Assembly (NCBI GenBank): GCA_907165135.1 | Contig: OU015566.1 | Span: forward strand, 14,446,001-14,510,000 | Length of the DNA: 64,000 bases | From: Oikopleura dioica | Taxonomy: Eukaryota > Animalia > Chordata | Direction of reading: 5' to 3' | Part shown: positions 11,553 to 23,890 of the stretch, piece after piece | How positions within the stretch are numbered: position 1 is the first letter of the stretch | Layout of the letters: each line of letters starts with the position of its first letter | The notes under the pieces: model-generated | What the model saw: the letters and a program-made list of their open reading frames with translations, nothing else | Told to the model about the DNA's origin: nothing | Databases searched by the model: none | Made by a program: the position numbers and the translations under genes

Positions 11553-14500
11553 CTCGGGAGGTGGGAAAATGCAGCCAATTTGAAGAGTAATTGGCGGCTA
11601 AATGTGTGAGTCCGTGAAAACGTAAAATTTAATGCGAGAACAATGAAAAGGCAAAAGACAATTGTCTTTAGGCATTGAATTTAAATATGTTCTCGAATAA
11701 ATAAAAAGGCCCTAATGCGAGCCATTCATTAAATTGGAGTCGACTATAAAAACGACACTAATTAGAGGCGAAGGGACACGCGCATGTTTCACGAAATTAT
11801 TGAATTTTAAATCAGAATCGTTTTTCGAAGCAGTTCTTTTTTTTCAGTTCTTGTTCATGAAAAAGAAAAGAGAGAGAGGGGACGAATAGAGAGCAGTAGC
11901 TGCTTTGAGAGTTTCGATGTTTCGCTTTTGCAAGGGCTGGAGGAAGAAGTTCTGGAAGGGCAGCAGAATCACAGTCGTTGAGGATGACTGGGAACTCTTC
12001 ATGGTAAGACTGAATTGATCAATCGAGTACTTAAAAGATAGGCAGTTTTTCTCAAGCTTGAAGCTGTTGTAGCAAATCTGTTATTTTTATTCTGAGAAGC
12101 CACTTTCTGGTTCACTCTTTCTGCTTCATTTTGCAGGGGGTCATGAGCAGTTCTGAACTAAATTGACCAAAAAAAAAAAAGAAAATTATAAAATTATTGT
12201 TTATTAATTTTTAAATGGCTGGGTTTATTAGCTCACTTAACAGGTAGACAAGAGGATCTTTTGAAGTGATGTTGATTCTCTAACGTTCTTGAATTTTTAA
12301 TCGGCCGTTGTAGCCGCGCAACATTCACTAAACTAGTCACTTTTTCGTTTTGAGAGAAAATGACTCGCTGGAATCGGCAACGAGTGCGTTTTTGTTGAAT
12401 CGCGGAATGCTTGGTTTCCGGAATTCCCAAAGCAGAGCGGCTAATCGTCTAATACGCCAGCTTTCCCTTTATTGGAATAGAGCGGAGGACTTTTCGTATC
12501 CATCTATTATTCAAACACGGTCTTTGTGTTCCAGTCGAAAACGTGCCACTGTCCCTCACTTTACAGGACTAAACGACAACTGATCCATTTACTCTGTATT
12601 TTTCAGACCTCAAAAAAAGAGAGAAAAAACATCGGCTATAGAAGCCGCGTGCGGCTTCGAACAAAAAGAAAAAATTGAAAAAAAAAGCGCGGCACAAATA
12701 TTCTTGGACTCAATTAATCGAAGAATAAATCAAAAAAGCCGCTTGCGGCTATCAAAATTAAAAAAAAACAAGCTTTAATAATTTTATGCGGCTAACATTT
12801 TGACTCAAAAGCCGAAAGCGGCTTCCGGATTTCGACCAATTTATCAATAAAATTTTCGCTTAAAAACTTTTGATAAATCGATATTTCCGGCAAAATCGAA
12901 AAAAAACAAAATGTAGACAAAATTGCTTCTTTACGTCTGTTGCGGATTTTTGTGAACAAGGGGAGCGTCGTAAATTTAAAGTCGAAGAGATTATTTCAAA
13001 GTTCGAGGATTTTTGGCAAAAGAACAAATCAAGTGAGATTTTGAGACGATGTTCGAGAGAAGAGAGACTCGTTCGCTCTTACTGTAATTTCGGATAGAAA
13101 CAGTAATAGTCTATTACTAATAGACAATTTTATTCCTGAATGATTAAATTTCTCCCTTTGATTTTCGAATAGAAGCTATAAATTTGCGCGGCGAAGCACC
13201 TAAACGCTCCTAAGAGACCTTGAAGAGAGCCGCCGCTTTAAAGATTTTTAATCCAAAAACCACAGAAAGCGATTTGATTGATTAGCGACTGATCCCTGTT
13301 TCCCGAATTCAAATTCAAAGTGGGAATAATTTGACAGAGAGAAACTTTTCAGAGAAAATGGGCGCGAACACAAGAAAAAGCAGAAGCAAGATTCAGTGAT
13401 GCCCCAACGGCATCTGCGGCGGGCCAGGCTCAGATACTATCTCACCATTTGCAGTAGATCGTCTTGGGGATCGGTGAAAACGCACTTTTTAAAGCTCTAG
13501 AAATTCTAGCCTAGAATGATTTTCCTCTTTTCAAATGAATTATCTTTCAAAATGAAACTCTTGGTTGATTACAAGAAATTTTGTCTAGGTGCCAGTTGCT
13601 CTGTCTACCAGACAAATCCTTAGAAATAAGATTTTATGAGGATTTAATGGTCTCGTTTTATTTTATCTCATATAGTTTTACCACTTTTTAAAGTAGTTTT
13701 TTCAGTTATCAAAGATGGAATTAATTTTTAAAATTTTTGTCTGGCAGACAGGCGCATTGTCTAGTAGACAAAACCCTCAAAACGAAATATATTTGGATTA
13801 ATCAACTGAAAATCTTTGAAAAATCCTTTCTGAAAAACGTATTTCGATCTTTTCCTCAATTTTGTCTACCAGACAGAATGCCTGTCTACCAGCCAAATCA
13901 TGCTTCAATGCTTTAATTGCATTTATTTATTAATTTTTGCGCTGAATATCAAGTTTCAATTGTAAAACTGGCGTTTTGAGCAATTTTTGCCACTAAGCTC
14001 TTTTGTCTGGCAGACAGATAGTGTCAGAATATCATTTGGATATTTATTCAATTAAAAATCAACGCCACCGCGTTTCCTTTCAAGTTAAAGTGTCTCCTCG
14101 ATATACTTTAACGTCGTTTTTAATTTTTAATCAATATCAGCTCTCAATTCCATCCCTTAGGACTGCCCCTGCTTTTAGTCGGAATTTATTGCCCGAGAGA
14201 AAGGAATGCAACTCAAGCGACAAAACATGTTTTTTGATAAAAACGGGGAAAAAGACGAGGAAAAAGAAGCAAGAACGGCTTTTTTGAACGTTTGCGTTTT
14301 CATCTTGTCTTGGGTTTTGTGCTGTCGGCCGATAAGAAGGTGCTGCGACAAAACATGTCGGGGAGCTTCCTTCCTCACTCCCAGCAGACCGACCCAGATC
14401 ATTCCAGAGTCAGTCAGGAGAGACACCAAAGTCTTTCTCTCGAGAAATCAGGTAAAATTCAACAGCCAAAGGCTTTGTAATAAAGGGATTATGCGTGGAC

Positions 14501-14689
14501 CATTCATTGACACTCTTGCCCCATTCTACCATTAATTCGCAAGAAAAACCACTCAAAACCGGAAATTTAGCTTGAAATTCAACTATTTTAATCAAACCAA
14601 AGTCATGTCGTCAGATATATCTTTTGTCTTGTCTTTTCTCACTATAAAAATCTCATCGATTTATTCAATTTAGCATTGAACTTTCTTAA

Positions 14690-15027
14690 GGACCCCCCCG
14701 TCAGCTTTTTCCATCGAAAAATTGAAAATTTTAAAAACACAATATTTTTGGTTCTTCATGCGTCCTCAGGTTAAACTTGCTTCAAAAACTTGATAAGAGG
14801 ACTTTTTGGCCAAGAAAAATCTATATTTTTGCCAAAATTAGGGCAAATTCGTCAATTTTGGGCGAAAAGTCCAATTTTCAAATGCGATTTTGAGGGTGAA
14901 GGAGTCGAGATAGACCCCCAAAAAATGAAGCCTCAAAATCGTTTTTTGACCCGTAGAATCCATTTCCGGGGTCAAAATATTAAAATTCCGAAAATGGATT
15001 TTTCGAAAAAAGCTGACGGGGGGGTCC
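14690..15027. mobile_element. MITE with TTAA TSD and GG...CC termini (Kolobok-like)
   Basis: TIR GGACCCCCCCGTCAGCTTTT / AAAAGCTGACGGGGGGGTCC, flanked by TTAA at 14686-14689 and 15028-15031. Confidence 0.75.
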
Positions 15028-17402
15028 TTAAACAACAAAAATGAACTTTTGTTCTCTTCCTAGTTCTGAAAAACCCAATATCAATCTGGCAAAAAGCCGT
15101 CAATAATCCTAAATAATTAGCGAGAAATACTTTAATTATTCGATTTCGGGACAATGAGACACCTAAGTATCTTTTATTACATCAGAGGGCAATTTTTCAA
15201 ATCGCCACAAAAGCAGAAAAAGCAGAGAAAAAATGTCAAAATGTCTTTTTGCACCGAATGTTTGGTTGCTCTGCGAATCGTGAGTTTTTTCGATTGATTT
15301 TTTCCGAGAAAATTTTTGAAAACGATTTTTATGAAGATGTTTTCTTGCTTTTATTAAAATTAATTAATTTTAGATGGATAACACTAAATAGATTCTATTG
15401 GATACTTAGATAAATGTCAAAAGATCTTTCAAAAACTTATTAAATTTTTACTTTTTTTACAAAAGAATCACCGTTACTAGCATTGAATGCAGTTTATTTG
15501 GACAGAACAAAAAATAGTTCGTGATTTGTCAATAATCTGAAGCGTAATGAAAAAGGAAAAGCTGAGATTTTTATGAAAGAGCGTGATCAACTTATAGAGC
15601 GTGAAATCTAACATTCCATCACAGTGGTCCCCGAGAAAATCCCTTTTTATTGAGAAAATGTTTTCTTGTTTTTATGTAGAATCGAGGAAAAAATGGCGTT
15701 CCAACGGTATGGTTAGTAAAAACCGTGCATGGTCGATATGAAGCAGAGAAGTTACTGTTAGAGTATGACATCAAAATGGGTTAATTATTAATATCGTATT
15801 CATCCCTTTCGACAGTTGTTCGGACTGGGCACAGGCACTAAAAGGATCACTCTGAGGAAGAGACAAAATAAAACAAGATTAGATTTTTTCAAAAAGGATC
15901 AAAAAGGATGAAATCGAGTTCAATTTCGAGATTCAAGCTCAAGCTCATTTCCAGACAAATTTTTTTGCAGTAAGATTTTGATTTTTGAACAAGAACTTTT
16001 TTTTCGCAGATTTAAGGGTCTCGCATGGATTATGGTCGTAGATTTTTGGCACTTTTCTCTCAAAGAAAACGGCCGCTTTCCCCCCTGAATCTTCCCTAAA
16101 GCTCCTTATCCCTTGATCTTCTTGAACTTTAGTGGCATTTTCTTCTCGCAAAAGACCTCCCTCGTTGACAGAGCGGACCCTTACTTCACTAATATTTTTG
16201 GGTATTTTTTGTGAGAGGAGAAATTCTGCTTCGATCCCGATCTTTTGTTCTGCATCAGACGCAGACAGTAGCGAAGGAGTTAATTGCCTTTGTAAAGGGG
16301 CATTTTTTATCAAAAGAGGAAAAGGGAAAAGAAAATTAGAGAGGTGTTTTTTCTAGCGAAAGAGGTACAGTCTTAAGTGCAGAGCAATTTCAGGGGAAAA
16401 TTACTTAGTGAAACCCTTAATTTTTACTTTTTTGTTGAATCACCCGGCCTTTATTTTTATTTTCCCTCAGGCTACTTCTTTTGCATTGCTTTTTTCATCC
16501 CTTTTTTGGAATGCTTCTAACTCTTTCTTTTCAGGCGAGCATGCTCAACTCCGAAAACCGCGATGGAAAGCAACACCCTTATTCGGCAGGTGAGTCCTCC
16601 TTGATTTCAAGCTCAACTCAAGTTCAACAATTTTTGCTTGATTTTCGCTGCTACAGTAAATTTGCTTAGCGCACGGGGAAATTTCGCTTGCTAAGTGGTT
16701 TCTTTATACAATGAATAAGGTCGATCAAACACGCTTGCCAGAGCTAGTCACCTCTAATTCGTAAAAATCAGAAAATTTTCGCGGTTTTATTAAAAATCAA
16801 AAGCGCATGAAAAAATGCCGAAGAAGCCGAATAGCCGGGAAAGAGATTTTACCAAGTTGCCGGGGATCAAAGAGGAACTGCCAAAAGGGCTGAGAAATGA
16901 AGACTTGACGGGTTTTGCGCGCGGAATCGAGATCCAGCGCGTCTTCTACGACCGAGATATTTACTCGATCGTTGGCAACTGTCTCTGGCCAAAAGTAAAA
17001 GTTCAACGAAGCGAGAATTCAATAATTGAACTAGTTTATTATTAAAACGATCGCATCCTCGTGAACCTGCGGAACAGAATGGGCGCAAAAAGGACTGCTG
17101 GTCCGAGCGCAAAATCAACTCAGCCAAAATAATCTAGTCAGGCAGATGCCCATTTATTGGCGAATGAAGAAGTTCGGTAAATCTAGTTTGTTGAGTCTAA
17201 AGATTCATTGAAAGTACCGCAGGGATAAAAAACGATATTATGATTTTGAAATTATATTTTTTTCAATAAAGACCTTTGTTTTTGCTTCAGTTAGCCCCGT
17301 TTTTTGCCCCTTGATGACCTCAAATGACCCCGAATGAACTTGATTGACCCCTCAATGAACTTAAAGGCGCATTTTCGGACCAAAATTTACGATTTTGTTC
17401 AG

Positions 17403-20400
17403 AGGATTTGGATAGAATCATGACGGACAAGACGCGAATTTTCAAGAAGGTGCGCGAAAATTGGCAGAAAGATCGTAAAATGGTGTTATGGGATGATCGA
17501 CTAAGTATTTGGATGAGCACCAAGGGAACGGACCTCACCCGCGCCAGGAAGATTTCTGTTGAAGACATCGAAGAAGTCAGCTTAGGTAAGAAAAATGACC
17601 TTTCTTTCTTTTTCAGATGATTTGTTAAGGGACTCACAGCGATATAGTCTGGGAAAAGGCGAAGAAAAAGATCGCCTTCCAAAGCGATCAGGCCTTCACG
17701 ATCAGTTTCAAACTTGCGACTCGAATGGCGCCGCTGTACTTGATCGCCGAGGACAGCCAAACCGCGAGGGCTTGGGTCGAGGGACTCAGCCGCATTCGAG
17801 ATCGAGTGTCGCGGATGACCAGCCGCCAAAGACACACTTGGTGGCTCTGGGAAAAGTTCAAGGCTGCGGACAAGGATGGAAACGGAACGCTGACCAAATC
17901 TGAGGTCAAGAGCTTTTTCAACAGCATCAACCTCAGGAATCGAGTTTTCAAAAAGCAAGGATAGTAGATTTTCCCTCTTATCTGTTTTCTTTCTTAAAAA
18001 ACTCGGAAAAAAGCATGAACCCAGCAAACTTCGAAAAACTCTTCAAAAAATACGACGACAACAAATCGAACAGTCTCTCTTGGGGCAACGTCAAGGAGCT
18101 CTACGAAGAGCTCTTGATCCCGAACGAAGTCCGAAATCTCTACTACCAGATCGCCGGCGAAGACGAAACGCTCCAACTCTGCGAGTTCCGCGAGTTTTTG
18201 GAGAAATACCAATTCCACAAAAATTTGACGGATGAAAAACTCAAGGAAATGGTCCGCGTTTTTGAACCGACAGGTACTCTTTGATTGTTACTGTAGCTCC
18301 AGTATCGATTCTAGCGACGGAGAGTAATCTTGAAGATCCAAACTTTGAAATCGGCCTTTACGGATTCGCCATGTACATTCGCTCGGCAAAAGTGATCGAC
18401 GATTCTTCCTACGAAAAGATGCAGGACATGAGCCGACCGATGACGGACTACTGGATCGCTTCCAGCCACAACACGTACCTGTTGGACGACCAGCTGACAG
18501 GGCCGAGCAGCACAGAAGCGTACAAAAGTGCCCTGTTAAAAGGTTGCCGCTGCGTCGAACTTGACTGCTGGGACGGAGCTAATGGAGAGCCGATTATTTA
18601 CCACGGCTGGACCAGGACTTCCAAAATCAGCTTCAAGGTAAACTCTCAACCTTTTTTTCAACTCTTTATCTTTTCTCAGGACGTGATCACAACTGTCCGC
18701 CAATACGCCTTCAAAAAATCGGACTATCCAGTCTGCCTCTCGCTCGAAAACCACTGCCACATTCCCCAGCAGCAAAAGATGGCCAAATACATGGTCGAAA
18801 TCCTCGGAGACCTTCTGCTTCGAGCTCCAGTTGACCCTGATGAAGATTGTCTTCCATCTCCAGAAGCGATGAAGGGAAAAATCTGGATCAAGGGAAAGAA
18901 ATTGAAGGAAGCAGCGGGAGATTCGAAGAAGAACAAGGCGGAGAACGACGATTTCGTCGTCGACGATGAAGTTTCAGAAGAAGACGAAGGAGAGGGATAC
19001 GCACAGGGGAAGGATCGAGACAGCCCAGTTGGGAATGGAAGTATTCCGGCAGCAGAAGAAGCTGGAAACCAAAAGAAACAGAAAAAGACCGTAAGTTTTA
19101 AGCTTAGGCCCGACCTGTTGCTTTTTTTATAATTTTCGAATCAACAAAAGTCATTCCCCGAATGATTCAAAACACTAACTAAAGTACAGTGGTACTTCAG
19201 AAGAAAAGCCATCCGCGTTGGGATTTTACAAAGCTTTGGCTTTCGTAAAAACCGTAAAAATCGGCGAAAACACTCTTCTTCCCGAAGAGTGAGCTTAAAA
19301 AGCTCCAAGGTTAAAAATATTTGCTCTTCTTGCACTTTGAATTTGTCTCACTTTTTTCTGAACTAACAAAGGAAGCACAAATCGATAATTACACAAAGAG
19401 AGTTTTTTTTTTGAACTTTGCTTTTTTCGAACGTCACTGTTTGTTTTTTCCTTGAGGAATGTTTTGGGGAAGAATCACTTATTAACCGCAAGAAAAGTAA
19501 ACTTTGATTTAGTTCAAGGACCAGGTTAGAAAGACGAGTTTGTTGCTTCTCGCCACTAGTAAATCCATTACCGCCCCTGTAAGAAGCATTTTTAACATTT
19601 ATATCTCGGCTCTAGGATCAGACACTTTTCAGTCGACTTCGACAGACGAGGAAATCTCTTCCTTGTTTTCTTCGCCCGAATTGCGACCTTCTTCAAAAAC
19701 GAGTAGCTTTCGCTTCCGAAGCTCTCGTTTTCAGGGGCGCTCGCGAAAAGCGGTACTTTTTATTTTGTAAATGTCGTTTATTAACAGTGCCGTTTTCTTG
19801 TTTTTTCAATATTGCGCGCGTTCGTGTTTGTGTGTGTTTTTGGTTTCTATCTGTTTTTGGATTTTCCCGGAACTAATTTTTTTGTAGAAAAAGATCAAGC
19901 TGCATAAAGATCTGTCCGACTTGGTGATCTACACTCAATCCCGTCATTTAAAAGACTTCGACGATGCGCAGCAAAACTCGGACTACCGCCACATCAGTTC
20001 CATCGACGACAAAGTCTGCTCTTCCTATGCAAAGAACCAATCAGTAAGCCACTTTTCCACTCTTTTTCTCCAGCCCTACTCCTCTAGAAAGCACTTCTGA
20101 ACCACACTTCCCGACAGCTGATCCGAATTTACCCCAACAAAAGAAAATAGACTCTTCAAATTACAATCCGATCCCTGTCTGGGCTTACGGATGCCAAATC
20201 GGTAAGCGTTCTCTTCCTTGATTCCCAATTAGGGCTACTCTAGTGGCGCTGAACTACCAAACTGCCTGTGAAGAAATGCTGATCAACCAAGCTCGCTTCA
20301 AACAAAACCAGGGCGCCGGCTATGTCCTCAAACCCGAATTTTTGCGAGAAGATGCTCTCCGCAACAATAATTTTGACATCAATGATACCTCAACTTTCCC

Positions 20401-20935
20401 CCGCTCCCAGCCCTTTTCATACAAAATCAAGGTCGTTTATTCTAACAAATTCCCTAAAAATCCGTCTTCAAGATCATCTCAGGCTGCCAGTTGCCAAAGC
20501 CGAAGCAGTCCAACAAAGGAGAAGTGGTCGACCCTTACGTTAAAATCCGCGTCGTTGGTCCTCCAGTCGACGATAATCCGAAGAACTCAAGGACGACCAA
20601 ATTCATCGACAACAACGGCTTCAGGTAAAGAGCTTCCTAATTGCCCCTTTTCAGTCATCTTTTCAGTCCTTGTTGGAATGAAGAATTCACCTTGACGACT
20701 TGGTTCCCTGAACTGTCGATGCTTGAAATTCTGGTCTACGACAAAGACGTCGGAACAAAAGTAAGCAATCCCTAGAAATTTCCCTCAATCATCGTTTCAG
20801 GACGACAAACTGGCAAATTCGTACCTTCCAATGGACAGCATCGTCCCCGGCTACCGACAAATCCCGCTTTTCGACAAAGAAGGCGGCAGTCTCTACCCAG
20901 CCACTCTTTTCTTCCACATTGAAATAAGCGAGTAA
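17403..20935 (+). CDS. PLCD: Phosphoinositide phospholipase C, delta-type (PH, EF-hand, X, Y, C2); 5' end uncertain; one apparent 1-bp frameshift at ~20145
   Basis: EF-hand [12 protein letters not shown]; X box [30 protein letters not shown]; Y box LSDLVIY..RIYP..DSSNYNP..GCQIVALNYQT..GYVLKP; C2 DPYV..NNGF..WNEEF..VYDKD. Stop TAA at 20933-20935. GA-AG intron at 17937-18013. Confidence 0.92.
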
Positions 20936-21259
20936 AAAACACGCCGCCACCTTCATCTTCACCTTCAACTCGACCACTCCTCAAACAAAGAAATTAATTT
21001 AAAAACGACCTTGGTGCTTCCTGATCCTCACTTCTTTTTTTCGAAACTGTTCACTGCATTCACGAGCCTTAATAAAATAAATTCTATTATCTAAAATCTC
21101 CTCGCAAAAAATATTCCCTTTTTCTGTGAATTAAAAGTGGACTAGGGGACGCGGAAGGTGAGTAGGGCATATATAGGCCGAGATTGAAAAAGATGATGCT
21201 CAGTTAGGCTTTATTGTCCATTTATGCAATCGAACTAATTGTTGAATAAAGACTTTCTT

Positions 21260-23087
21260 GCAACATCTTAGCAATGATGGATCAAAAATTATTGATGCAA
21301 ATTTGCCAGCACCTGGAGATGCTCACAGTGCTATCGGAGGACATGTTCCGACTTATGAGGGAAATCCGATTCTCATTGCTGGATATGATCATTTCAATAA
21401 GAGATACACCAGATCTGTCGAGCAATACAGGTTTGTACTTTCATACTTCTTGACGAAAACGATGATTTATAGTGAGAATGATGGCAGCAACCGTTTTGCC
21501 CGTTTTGCCGTTCTGCACCAATGCCGTTTCGCCCCGAATGCCGTTCTGCCCGTTCAGGGCGAAACGGAAAAATGGGCAGAACGAATTTTCGGGCGAAACG
21601 TCATTTTCGAGGCGAAATTTAGGAAATTATTTTGAATTTGATGATGAAGGCGAAGATTCGGTTGGCCCAGTCCCCGCCGAGTGAGAACGTGCAGGATTTG
21701 TCGAGCCGAGTGAAGGAGATGTAAGGGACCACGCCGCCGGTGTTAACTCCTGCAGAGGCTGCCCCTTGGTCCAAGTTTGAGAAAGTCTCGGTGTGAATCC
21801 TTGAGTAAACATAAACTGGGGGCATCCTGAGCCGGGAATTTTGATCAACCACGGCCCAGATGATCCTCAAAACTGAAGATATGGAAGACAAAAAAATAGA
21901 ATTTTAATTCTCCGCTATCGTTAAAGTCTTTTGATGATAGACTTTTGAAATAAATCACTTCCAATTATTATCAGCTGCTTGAATCAAAGTAACTTTCTTA
22001 ATTACTTCCGGTTTGGGAGTAGGGGGAAAGGGAGAATCTACCTGCACATTTGGTTGCGCAACTCAAAGAGGCCGTTGCTGGAGGACCGTTGGAAGATAAG
22101 TCTATCAAGAAAAGCATTCGAGAGAAAATGGCCCGAGTTTCGTTACTTTTTGAAGTTACTTTTTCAAAGTAACTTCACTTCAAAGTTAAAGTGAAGTGAT
22201 TCGGAACTCTGGCCCGAAGATGAACATCACCAGCATCAAAAATTCCTGAGGAAGCAAGATCGATTCCTATCTACCATCACAATCCTGCCGTCAGTTTCTT
22301 TAATCCCGATTCAACTTAAGTGGTCAACGAACGATTTCTTCAAGCTGAATTTACGAACAAGAGGGGCATGTTGGTCAAGATCTGGATATTCAAGAACGAG
22401 ATTCATCTTGCATTTTTGACATTAAAAAAAATTACGACTTCATAATCGTGATCAGCAGTCAATTTTACCCTAGTTGGTAATTTTTCAGAAAATTCCATTT
22501 TTGCTGTCTTCCACATCTTCATTTTTGAAGATCATCAAGGCTGAGCTTGATCATGATCTCTGGCTCAAGATGCCCCCAGTTTATGTTTACTCAAGGAATC
22601 ACACCGAGACTTGCTCCAACTTGGGCCCAGTCTCTGCAGGAGCTCACACCGGCGGCGTGGTCCCTTGCATTTCCTTCACTCGGCTTGACACCTCCTGCAT
22701 GTTCAAACTCGGCGGGGGTTTGGCTAACCGAACCTAAATTGATGATCGTACAGGAGAAAAGATTTGTATTTTTAAAATGAAGCTTTACTTTTTAACTTTT
22801 TCATTTTCCAAAATGCCGTTTTGCCCAATGCCGTTTTGCCCCGAATGCCGTTCTGCCCATTTTTCCGTTTCGCCCTGAACGGGCAGAACGGCATTCGGGG
22901 CGAAACGGCATTGGTGCAGAACGGCAAAACGGGCAAAACGGCTGCTGCCGAGAATGATGGCTGGATCAACGACTACAGGATTCTTTTTCCAGAGTCGTAT
23001 ATTGAAAGTTACTCTTCTGTTTGGGGCGATTTTGGCGTCGTCATCTTTCCAGGAGACTCTCAGTATGTTTATCTGTTCAAAGTTTGA
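21260..23087 (+). pseudogene. Kelch/beta-propeller-like gene fragment disrupted in an exon by a MULE-like insertion
   Basis: Removing the element and one TSD restores ...YEGNPILIAGYDHFNKRYTRSVEQYS ENDGWINDYRILFPESYIESYSSVWGDFGVVIFPGDSQYVYLFKV*. The kelch assignment rests only on the ILIAGY..SVEQY..W pattern. Confidence 0.45.
21483..22949. mobile_element. MULE-like element (1,467 bp) with ~430-bp imperfect TIRs containing coding-like sequence
   Basis: Termini GGCAGCAACCGTTTTGCCCG / CGGGCAAAACGGCTGCTGCC. 9-bp TSD GAGAATGAT at 21474-21482 and 22950-22958. Arms ~21483-21900 and ~22490-22949. Confidence 0.85.
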
Positions 23088-23123
23088 TAAAAACACTGTT
23101 TCTTCATAGGACAGTTCAATATA

Positions 23124-23890
23124 CAGTGGGTATGGTCAATTTAGCAGCGGGCAAATTAGCAGATTTTGCTCAAAATCGAAAAAATTTTAAAAATCGTTAT
23201 TTTCCCCGAAAAAGTTACACTGGTCCATATTTTTCTTGAGTCGGCAACTTGCCAATGACAAGTAAAATGGCAAGTTTGGCAAGGCAAGTACTTGCCTTGC
23301 CTTGTCTTGCCAAGGGAATTATCCTGGCAAGCTAATGGCAAGTTAATGGCTAGGTCTTTTTCCCTTGATTTTTATGAAGAGTTCATGCTCAAAAATCATT
23401 TTCTAAAGTAAAACAAGTCATTTTCACAGAGAATGAGGAACAAAACAGTCGGTCAGTTTTTGAAAAACTACTCAAAGACCCATCGGGCCGGACCTGAAAC
23501 TCCGCTCGTGTTAGTATCTAGCAAATTTCTTGAAATTATCTTGCCAGAACTAGCCATTTCTATAACTTTCCATGGCAAGTAACTTGTCTTGCCATCAGTA
23601 CGTGACAGCAAAGGAATGATTTTGATGGATAGAGTTTTGATAGGCCGGTAAGCCAAATGTAGCAATCTTATTGGCTCCGAGTAATGGGTTCCTTTGGTGT
23701 ACGTTACTATATTATTCACTCATTTGGTGTCTCGTCTTATCATAATTGTTCTTTTTCTTTGTTAATACCAAATTTAATGATTTGAAAATTCTGGTCTCGA
23801 AGTTCGGAATTTTTTTGGAAAATGGTCAATTTAGCATATTTTGTCGAAATCTGCCAAAAAAACTACCTGCTAATTTGACCATACCTACTG
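23124..23890. mobile_element. Tc1/mariner-type MITE (TA TSD, CAGT termini)
   Basis: TA|CAGTGGGTATGGTCAATTTAGCAG ... CTGCTAATTTGACCATACCTACTG|TA. Interior is rich in GGCAAG/CTTGCC motifs. Confidence 0.7.

Noticed and set aside
11915-17045. Exon-like segments (~11918-12003, ~13350-13470, ~14330-14450, ~16535-16590, ORF 16815-17045) as 5' exons of PLC
   Set aside because: Splice signals are plausible, but I could not build a unique in-frame model; needs RNA-seq.
17320-18027. 235-aa minus-strand ORF
   Set aside because: Antisense shadow of PLC exons.
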